Source of the DNA: Actinomycetota bacterium
GTDB lineage: Bacteria > Actinomycetota > AC-67
Direction of reading: 5' to 3'
NCBI GenBank assembly: GCA_020201525.1
Contig: JAIVGO010000105.1
Location: 57-64,056 of the forward strand
DNA length: 64,000 nt
Below the pieces are notes generated by a model. The model was not told the DNA's origin. It saw only the letters and a program-made list of their open reading frames with translations, and made no database searches. The translations under genes and the position numbers were made by a program. Below, piece after piece: positions 56,005 through 64,000 of the stretch; positions within the stretch are counted from its first letter, which is position 1; every line of letters starts with the position of its first letter.

Positions 56005-57904
56005 TACCGCTCACCTCCTCCATGATGGGCGGCGGTGCGGCTGCCGGCGGATTTGCCGGCTCCTTGGGAAGAACCCTGCGCACCTGTTGCGTGATGAAGA
56101 ACGACAGGCCGTTCGGGTTGCGCCCGAGGCTGAGCGCGCCTGCTCCGACGATCATGAAGACCAATCCGTTGAGAGCAGGGAACTTCGATTGCATGTAAAG
56201 CAGCAGCGCGTAAAGCACGCCGCCGATCAGCGATCCGAACACCGTTGTAATGCCGCCGACGACGGCGAGGAGAATCACGGGCAAGCTTTGAAACATCAAA
56301 AAGTCGACCCCGCCGGCACTTCCTGCGAGCCCGCCGTACAGTGCTCCGGCAACGCCGGCCATCGCGGCGGAGATCATGAACACGGTGAGCTTGGTACGAG
56401 CGAGGCTCAGTCCCAGGGTCGCGCATGCAACCTGCGAGTCGCGCATCGCCGCGAGGCGGCGGCCGAAACGGCCCCGCCTTATGGCAATGACAATCGTGCC
56501 GAACACGCCGAACATGATTGAGAGCAAAATCATGTACGCACGCTCGCCGTCGAACGAAACACCGAGCAGGTCCAGTCGAGGAATGTTCAATGCTCCGAGA
56601 TTGCCAAACACATGCTCGTTCGAGAACACCATCTTGTCCATCAGCACCGCAAATGCCATCGTGCTGAGAGCGAGATACAGACCCTGGAGGCGCAACGACG
56701 GCAACGCGACGATCGCGCCGACGGCGCCGGCGAGAACGAGCGCGGCAACGATCCCGATCAAATTGCCGTCGGCCCCCATACGCGCCATCGCGAAAGCGCC
56801 GAGACCGGCGAACGTCATCTGGCACAGCGAGACTTGCCCCGCGAATCCGACGAGCGGAATGAGTGAAAGCATGATGAGCCCGTACGCAAGACCGAGGGCC
56901 GTCCGCGAGATGTCTGCCGGTTGAAGCATTCCCGAGACGATCACCGTGACAGCAATGAGCACGCCAAAACCCGCAAAAGCTTTCCGGTATGTCGGAAGCC
57001 GGGGACCGACCGCACCCGCGAGGCGCGCCGTTCGAAGCCGTGCTTCGGGCAGCGTCAGCAGCGCAACGAACAAGAAAAGCGTAGGGAGTGCTTCGCGCAA
57101 GCCGAGCAGCGGCCCACTGAGATTGATGTATCCGATGACATATGCCTCGATGAGCCCGAGCGTAAAACCACCCACGAACGTCATGGGAAGACTGCTCAAC
57201 CGCCCGACCATCGCGGCCGCATACGCATTGACGACGAGCAGCGTCAAAATGAGAACGTTCATTTGGAGTACCGGCGCGAGCAAAATGCCGGCAATCGAGG
57301 CCAGCGATGCGCCGATCGCCCAGGAAAGCATGCTGACGCGGTTCGGCTGCGCTCCGTTCATCGCGAGCAAGTTCCGATCGTCGACCACTGCTCGCATGGC
57401 TATCCCCACACGGGTACGCGACAGAAGCGCATAGAGGAACGCCGCGACGACTCCGCCGGCAAGAACCGTGATGATTTCGTGCCACGTTACAAGGATGCCC
57501 CCGAGCTGAACTCCGCTGGGCTCAAAGAATCCGGGTAGCTCGCGGGCGACGGTCGGATCCCACAAAATATTTGCAACACCGACGAGGAACACCATGATCG
57601 CGACGGTGATCACGAGCGAGGTCGCGACCGACGCCCCGCGAAGTCCCCGGATCACGCCACGTTCGAGCCCCGCGCCGAACAGAGGCGCGAGGACGAAGAC
57701 GACGAGGATCATCGCGAGTGGCGCGGGCCAATGCCATCCCACGCGCAGTTGCCAATAAAGAAACGCCATCAGCATGCCGATACCGCCGTGCGCGATGTTG
57801 AAGATTCCCGACGTCGTGTACGTGACGACCAAGCCGGTCGCTGCCACCGAGTAGACCGACCCGGTGACGATTCCTGCGATGGTGAACGAGAGAAACTCGC
57901 CCAC
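55985..57904 (-). CDS. Fused LivH-LivM-type ABC permease (639 aa)
   Basis: Two branched-chain-amino-acid permease domains in tandem. Confidence 0.9.
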   Translation of the reverse strand: MGEFLSFTIAGIVTGSVYSVAATGLVVTYTTSGIFNIAHGGIGMLMAFLYWQLRVGWHWPAPLAMILVVFVLAPLFGAGLERGVIRGLRGASVATSLVITVAIMVFLVGVANILWDPTVARELPGFFEPSGVQLGGILVTWHEIITVLAGGVVAAFLYALLSRTRVGIAMRAVVDDRNLLAMNGAQPNRVSMLSWAIGASLASIAGILLAPVLQMNVLILTLLVVNAYAAAMVGRLSSLPMTFVGGFTLGLIEAYVIGYINLSGPLLGLREALPTLFLFVALLTLPEARLRTARLAGAVGPRLPTYRKAFAGFGVLIAVTVIVSGMLQPADISRTALGLAYGLIMLSLIPLVGFAGQVSLCQMTFAGLGAFAMARMGADGNLIGIVAALVLAGAVGAIVALPSLRLQGLYLALSTMAFAVLMDKMVFSNEHVFGNLGALNIPRLDLLGVSFDGERAYMILLSIMFGVFGTIVIAIRRGRFGRRLAAMRDSQVACATLGLSLARTKLTVFMISAAMAGVAGALYGGLAGSAGGVDFLMFQSLPVILLAVVGGITTVFGSLIGGVLYALLLYMQSKFPALNGLVFMIVGAGALSLGRNPNGLSFFITQQVRRVLPKEPANPPAAAPPPIMEEVSGIAATAG

Positions 57905-57919
57905 GCCGCGATCTCCTTT

Positions 57920-59356
57920 CTACGCCCTGGCTGGTATGAGGGGGAACCGGCAGTCCCAACCGCTCGCCGGCGTCAGCCGCGAAAATTTGTTGTTCTTCAC
58001 GATCGCATAGAGAAAACAATTCGTCGGGGTCTTCAGCCCCGTGTCGTGCGCGGCGTGCAATCCGAAACCCGTCCACTGGTGAATCTTTTTCAGTTCCTCG
58101 AACACCTTCTTGCGCGTCAGATCGGGACCGGCCGATGTCGCCGCTTGAGCAAACAGGCGCCCGGCCGACCATGCATACAGACCGAAGTAGTCGGGCTTCG
58201 CACCGGGCTGAACGCGAGCCAGCCATTGCCGGTACAACATCATCTCCGGACTCGACGGCTCTTCCCCGTAAATGCCGAGAGCATTGTTGAGAAATACGAG
58301 CGATCCTTCAACGCTCGGCCCTCCAAGGGAGAGATAGCCTGAGGAGTACGCCACCGAGTCCCAATCGCGAACTTTCGGGAACCATTTTTGTTGACGCATT
58401 GCGTCTTGAATCTTCACCAGAGTTCGATAATCGCCGACAAAGTTGACGTACTCGATGCCCAGGTCCTTCATGTCGAGCACAAAAGGGTTGTAATTCGGTT
58501 CCGACACGTTGAGCTGCTGCCTGTAATCAAAGTGGTACCCGATTGACTCCAAGGCGTTGATACGCTGCGCCATCGAATTCTTGGAAACGGCCACATTGAG
58601 CCACAATGCGGCCGCGTGCTTGTAGACCGCCGGACCGTACGTCTGCTTGATGTACTGCTCCGGGCCGATCATGTACTTGTCGTTGCGCACAGGGTACGCG
58701 GGATAATTGTTCGTCGCGTTCGTGCGGGCGGCGTTCACGGTGATTGCACTGATATCGGGAATGCCGCAGTCTTGTCCGGCCTGCGCACCTCCGTTGTCGA
58801 GCGCCGACATCGAGCCCACGAGCGCGAATGCTTTCTGGCATGCCTCGAGCACGGCATTGCGATTCGCGCCGGCATCGATGCGGGTATCGAGCAGCAACGG
58901 CTTCATCGCTCGGCCGCAGATCCCTCCTTGGCTGTTGACGAATGCCGACAGCGCCTGCATCGCTTGATGTGTCGACTTGAACAGCCCGGATTGCACACCG
59001 CTGACATCCGACGCGACAGCGACCGTGATTTGGCTTGGGGTGACACCAACGTCCGTGGCCTTGTTGCCGCCGGCCGACGGCTCGCAACGCTGCACCGGGG
59101 TGACGCCGGGCGGTACGGCGCCGCCGGGCGGAAGCACACCGCCACTGGGTCCTACGCTCGGAAAAACGCCACCGGATGGTTGCGCACCGGGCACTTCACC
59201 CGGATTAGCCGACACGGCATTCCCACCGCGACCGGCGCCGATTCCCGCGGCGCGTTGCTCCGCCGTCAGACGCGCACCGCACGCCGTCGCAATCAGGGCG
59301 ACTGCCCCAAGAAACGCAGCCGTGCGCAAACTCAAACGAGTGCGGCGTTGCGGCAT
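57920..59356 (-). CDS. ABC transporter substrate-binding lipoprotein (Liv/amide family)
   Basis: Lipobox LIATAC, a Pro/Gly-rich linker, and a type I periplasmic-binding fold. Confidence 0.85.
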   Translation of the reverse strand: MPQRRTRLSLRTAAFLGAVALIATACGARLTAEQRAAGIGAGRGGNAVSANPGEVPGAQPSGGVFPSVGPSGGVLPPGGAVPPGVTPVQRCEPSAGGNKATDVGVTPSQITVAVASDVSGVQSGLFKSTHQAMQALSAFVNSQGGICGRAMKPLLLDTRIDAGANRNAVLEACQKAFALVGSMSALDNGGAQAGQDCGIPDISAITVNAARTNATNNYPAYPVRNDKYMIGPEQYIKQTYGPAVYKHAAALWLNVAVSKNSMAQRINALESIGYHFDYRQQLNVSEPNYNPFVLDMKDLGIEYVNFVGDYRTLVKIQDAMRQQKWFPKVRDWDSVAYSSGYLSLGGPSVEGSLVFLNNALGIYGEEPSSPEMMLYRQWLARVQPGAKPDYFGLYAWSAGRLFAQAATSAGPDLTRKKVFEELKKIHQWTGFGLHAAHDTGLKTPTNCFLYAIVKNNKFSRLTPASGWDCRFPLIPARA

Positions 59357-59366
59357 GCCAAGCCTC

Positions 59367-60521
59367 CTACCGTCGCCGAGTCTCGGACCAGGGCTTGTTT
59401 GCGTCGGGCTCTAGTTCGCGAGGAAGCCCCAGAATGCGCTCCCCGATGACATTACGCAATATCTCCGACGTCCCGCCACCGATCGTCAATGCCGGCGAAA
59501 AGACAAAACCTTGCGCCCACCATCCTGCATCCGCACCGATCGGTCCCGAATCGGCCAGCATTCCCGCGGGTCCCGCCAAATCTTTTGCAATACGGAAAAT
59601 GTCGCGACCGTGCGGATCGGCGAGCGCTTTGCGCACCGACGCAGCCGGCGCGGATCCGCCGGTGATAGCCGCGCCGACCATGCGCAAGCCGTGCACGCGA
59701 AGGATTTCGCCCTCGATGTACAGTTGCGCGAGCTTCTGACGCATCACGAGATCCGGCGCACCGCCGCGGTCTCGTACAAGATCGATGAGATCTTGCGCGG
59801 TCGGCCCCCAACCCCATTGCGCGCCGCCGCGCGACAACGTGACACGCTCGTTCGCAAGCGTGTCTTTCGCAAGCTCCCAGCCGCCGTTCTCCGGACCGAT
59901 GAGGTTACTTGCAGGCACGCGCACATCGGTAAAGAACACGTTGTTGAAGTTATGCCACCCGCTCGCGTCGACGATCGGCTGGATCTCGACACCGGGCGAC
60001 TTCATGTCGACGATGAAGTACGAGATACCTGCGTGCTTCGGCACATCGGCATTCGTTCGCGCAAGCAATATCCCGAACGCAGCGTCGTGCGCCAACGACG
60101 TCCACGTTTTCTGGCCGTTGACGATGTACACGTCGCCTTCCCCGACGGCGCGAGTCGATGCATTCGCGAGATCTGATCCTGCTTCAGGCTCACTGAACAG
60201 CTGGCACCAGATTTCCTCGCCGCTCAGCATCGGCGGGATATAGCGATTCTTCTGCTGATCGGTGCCGTGAGCGACGAGGATCGGACCGCAATGTCCCGTG
60301 CCGATCGGGTTGATGGGGCGCTGCACGCCGGCCTTCTTCAGCTCGTCGTCGATGATGAGCTGCTGCATCGGCTCGGCGTCGAGACCCCACGGCCGCGGCC
60401 AGTGCGGCACCACGTACCCCGCTCCGGCAAGATCCTTGCCGCTTGGATTCGGATGCGCCGCGAGCCAGGCTCGAACCTCCAGCCGTCTGGAATCGTCCTG
60501 AGGAGGAAGCTCGAGATCCAT
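59367..60521 (-). CDS. Acyl-CoA dehydrogenase divergent from kstR (FadE34-like context); start re-set to MDLELPPQDD
   Basis: ACAD pattern. Divergent arrangement with the kstR ortholog and a shared operator. Confidence 0.85.
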   Translation of the reverse strand: MDLELPPQDDSRRLEVRAWLAAHPNPSGKDLAGAGYVVPHWPRPWGLDAEPMQQLIIDDELKKAGVQRPINPIGTGHCGPILVAHGTDQQKNRYIPPMLSGEEIWCQLFSEPEAGSDLANASTRAVGEGDVYIVNGQKTWTSLAHDAAFGILLARTNADVPKHAGISYFIVDMKSPGVEIQPIVDASGWHNFNNVFFTDVRVPASNLIGPENGGWELAKDTLANERVTLSRGGAQWGWGPTAQDLIDLVRDRGGAPDLVMRQKLAQLYIEGEILRVHGLRMVGAAITGGSAPAASVRKALADPHGRDIFRIAKDLAGPAGMLADSGPIGADAGWWAQGFVFSPALTIGGGTSEILRNVIGERILGLPRELEPDANKPWSETRRR

Positions 60522-60555
60522 ATGAACCTCTTTATACGTCGTGCTGCAGAAAAAT

Positions 60556-60569
60556 TGCAACAGGTTCTA
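60556..60569. promoter_or_regulatory. KstR operator (TGCAACAGGTTCTA) in the fadE-kstR divergent region (autoregulation site)
   Basis: Perfect TnnAACnnGTTnnA match, 14 bp upstream of the kstR start. Confidence 0.75.
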
Positions 60570-60582
60570 GAATGGCGCTACC

Positions 60583-61173
60583 GTGGCGACCCAAGTGGAA
60601 ACGCTCCTGACGGAGAAACAATCCGCGAGGCGCCGGCGCGTGATCAAGGCGGCAATGGTCCTTGCCGCAGAAGGCGGGTACGACGCCGTGCAAATGCGCG
60701 ACGTCGCGGCGCGGGCGCGCGTGGCACTCGGCACGCTCTACCGCTACTTCCCCTCGAAAGATCAACTTCTGGTCGCTGCGCTCGGAGAATGGACGGGCGA
60801 GTTGCAGCAGCGACTCGTTACGCGGCCGCCGCGCGGCAGTACTCCGGTCGAGCGCGTGACGGACGTCTTGCGCCGGGCCACTCGTGCGCTCGAACGAGAG
60901 CCGCAGCTGACGGCGGCACTCGTCACGGCGCTGTCGTCGCTCACATCTGAAGATCCGAAAGCGCTCGAGGATGCGTCCAGCGTGTATCTCGTGATGAGCG
61001 AGATCATCGGGCACGCGATGGACGACGGCGACGTGCACGACCGAGAAGCAACGGTACGCGTGCTCGGCCAAGTGTGGTTTTCGGCGCTCGTCGCTTGGGT
61101 GCGCGGCTGGGGTCCCGACGGGCAGATGTTCAAGGACCTCGAAGCGGCAGTGCGCTTGTTGCTCCCGCACTGA
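60583..61173 (+). CDS. kstR: TetR-family repressor KstR ortholog (master regulator of sterol uptake and side-chain/ring A-B catabolism)
   Basis: GGYDAVQMRDVAARARVALGTLYRYFPSKDQLLVAAL and ...VWFSALVAWVRG...AVRLLL closely parallel M. tuberculosis KstR (GGYEAVQMRAVADRADVAVGTLYRYFPSK...). A perfect TnnAACnnGTTnnA site lies in its own upstream region. Confidence 0.9.
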   Translation: MATQVETLLTEKQSARRRRVIKAAMVLAAEGGYDAVQMRDVAARARVALGTLYRYFPSKDQLLVAALGEWTGELQQRLVTRPPRGSTPVERVTDVLRRATRALEREPQLTAALVTALSSLTSEDPKALEDASSVYLVMSEIIGHAMDDGDVHDREATVRVLGQVWFSALVAWVRGWGPDGQMFKDLEAAVRLLLPH

Positions 61174-61223
61174 TCGAGCGTACTCGTGCACACAGGTTCA
61201 CGTTGCCGCAATTCGGAGCCGTA

Positions 61224-61745
61224 ATGCGCTTCGTGCCGATGACGATGAGGGACTTGGCGATGTTCGCCGAATGGCTGCGCCGGCCGCACGTCGCCGAATG
61301 GTGGACGTCTCCTGCGTCGGAGGACGAGGTACGGGCCGAATACAGCGCCGAAATCGAAGGAGGCTCGACGTCATCGTTTTACATCGCGCACGTCGATGAC
61401 GTTCCGATCGGATTCATACAGTCTTATGTTGCGGCGGGATCCGGCGACGGCTGGTGGAGCGAGGAGACGGATCCAGGCGTGCGCGGGATCGATCAATTCA
61501 TCGCCGATCCCACGAGGCTGAGCCAAGGCCTCGGAACGCAAATGATCAAGGAGTTCACCGAAATGTTGTTCGCCGAGCCAGGCGTGACGAGGATTCAGGC
61601 CGACCCCGATCCGAGGAACACTCGAGCGATACGAAGCTATGGGAAAGCCGGGTTCCGTCCAACAGTCGTCGTCGCGACGCCCGACGGCGATGCACTACTG
61701 ATGATCCTGGACCGCCCGGCTCCGGGTGATGTGGCTTATCGTTGA
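61224..61745 (+). CDS. GNAT-family N-acetyltransferase; start re-set to MRFVPMTMRDL
   Basis: GNAT pattern (...RIQADPDPRNTRAIRSYGKAGF). GGAG RBS 7 nt upstream of the ATG at 61224. Confidence 0.8.
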   Translation: MRFVPMTMRDLAMFAEWLRRPHVAEWWTSPASEDEVRAEYSAEIEGGSTSSFYIAHVDDVPIGFIQSYVAAGSGDGWWSEETDPGVRGIDQFIADPTRLSQGLGTQMIKEFTEMLFAEPGVTRIQADPDPRNTRAIRSYGKAGFRPTVVVATPDGDALLMILDRPAPGDVAYR

Positions 61746-62230
61746 GACGAGGGGGGACGATGAAGGAATCCGATAGCTTCATTCGTGAGCTGGCTGCCGC
61801 GTTCTCGCTCGCGCACGCGCAAATCGCGAAGCAGATTCGGGATCTGAGCGACGACGCGCTCGCCTGGACGCCGGCAGTTGAGACGAATTCCATCTCCACC
61901 CTCGTTGTCCATGTTCTCGGGTCCGAAGCAGAGCTGCTGCGACTGATCAAAGGGCTACCCGCCCCGCGCGACCGGCCCGCCGAGTTTTCCGGACCTCCCA
62001 AAGACGCGGCAACCCTGCTCGCGAAGATCGACGTCGCCGAAGATCTGCTGAACGACATCGGATCGCAGATCGGCGAAGCCGACTTGCGCCGATCGTTTCT
62101 CCGACCCAGTGCCGTTCGAATCAAAGAACCGGGGTCGGGCTTGTTCTGGATCATCAACGGCTACGGCCATGCGCGCGAGCATCTCGCGCACATCGAGCTC
62201 ACGCGGCAGCTGTATGAGCGTTCAAAATAA
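61742..62230 (+). CDS. DinB/YfiT-like (DinB_2) family protein
   Basis: His-rich four-helix-bundle-like pattern (HVLGSEAELL...HAREHLAH). Start could be 61742 or the ATG at 61760. Confidence 0.65.
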   Translation: MRRGGTMKESDSFIRELAAAFSLAHAQIAKQIRDLSDDALAWTPAVETNSISTLVVHVLGSEAELLRLIKGLPAPRDRPAEFSGPPKDAATLLAKIDVAEDLLNDIGSQIGEADLRRSFLRPSAVRIKEPGSGLFWIINGYGHAREHLAHIELTRQLYERSK

Positions 62231-62241
62231 GGGGGAAGACG

Positions 62242-62628
62242 ATGACCAACCCCATCTTTTACGTCGACTCCTCGGCGATTCGCGAAGGAAAGATCGACGA
62301 GGTGAAGGTGAACATGAAAGAGCTCGCAGACTTCGCGCGCGCCAACGAACCGCAATTGATTTCCTACAACTTCTTCATAGACGAGCTCGGCGCGAGAATG
62401 AGTACGGTGGCGATTCACGCGGATGCCGTCTCCATGGAATTTCATATTGAGGTTGGAACGCCGTACTTTCGGAAGTTCACGGACCTGATCAACCTTGAAT
62501 CCATCGACGTATACGGGGAGCCGAGTGAAACTGTCCTCGCGCAGCTCCGGCAGAAAGCCGCGATGCTGGGTGCCGGCGGGGTAACCATTCACGAGCTTCA
62601 ATCGGGGTTCTCGCGCATTCGGGTCTGA
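62242..62628 (+). CDS. Small hypothetical protein (128 aa), possibly ABM/Dabb-like
   Basis: ORF with coding-like composition. No confident family. Confidence 0.5.
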   Translation: MTNPIFYVDSSAIREGKIDEVKVNMKELADFARANEPQLISYNFFIDELGARMSTVAIHADAVSMEFHIEVGTPYFRKFTDLINLESIDVYGEPSETVLAQLRQKAAMLGAGGVTIHELQSGFSRIRV

Positions 62629-62729
62629 CCTGAAGTCGAGCTCTCCGCGTTGGCGGGTCACGGTGGCGTGAGTTCTCCGTGCGTCTATACACGTAGGACG
62701 TGTATAGACAACAAAGTTAGCGTTGCTAA

Positions 62730-63956
<1,227 letters not shown>

Positions 63957-63958
63957 CC

Positions 63959-64000
63959 GGTGCTCGACGGTGCAGTCGCGATCGTTACCGGCGCCGGTCA
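63959..64000 (+). CDS. Start of an SDR-family oxidoreductase (VLDGAVAIVTGAG...), truncated by the window end
   Basis: GTG start followed by the typical SDR N-terminus AIVTGAG. Only 14 codons are visible. Confidence 0.4.

Overview
High-GC actinobacterial window, densely coded (about 62 CDS) and dominated by lipid and steroid side-chain beta-oxidation genes. Called genes include 8 acyl-CoA dehydrogenases (two as adjacent large/small subunit pairs), 5 AMP-forming acyl-CoA synthetases, one NDP-forming acyl-CoA synthetase, 5 SCP-x/Ltp-type thiolases plus one FadA-type thiolase, 4 DUF35 OB-fold/Zn-ribbon proteins (one fused to a MaoC hotdog domain, ChsH2-like), 2 enoyl-CoA hydratases, a P450, 4 SDRs and 2 LLM flavin oxidoreductases. 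There is a clear KstR ortholog (60583-61173) and at least eight KstR-type operators (TnnAACnnGTTnnA; most are TAGAACACGTTCT-like) in front of operons, so this is a KstR-controlled sterol/bile-acid side-chain catabolic locus. Twenty-six consecutive minus-strand genes (33045 down to 11433, 21.6 kb) form one array with many 1-4 bp start/stop overlaps. Embedded accessory material includes a secreted lysyl-oxidase homolog overlapping a secreted nitrilase-superfamily-like protein, two Liv-type ABC importers (one a LivH-LivM-LivG triple fusion coupled to an 848-aa surface beta-propeller-like protein; the other with a truncated LivF next to an inserted surface-protein/membrane-protein pair), a Gly-rich secreted repeat protein, and a WS/DGAT-lipase divergent pair whose operon ends in a TetR regulator at the window edge. 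Two caveats on gene models: a MaoC hotdog gene between an ACAD and an Ltp2-like thiolase is split across two frames, and many tool ORFs carry false N-terminal extensions that I re-set from conserved N-termini, RBSs and overlap logic. A 14-bp palindrome (CTGACGGTGTGTCA) occurs identically at two promoters and is a candidate operator for a second regulator. No rRNA, tRNA, CRISPR or obvious mobile elements were seen. Coordinates are accurate to about +/-2 bp.
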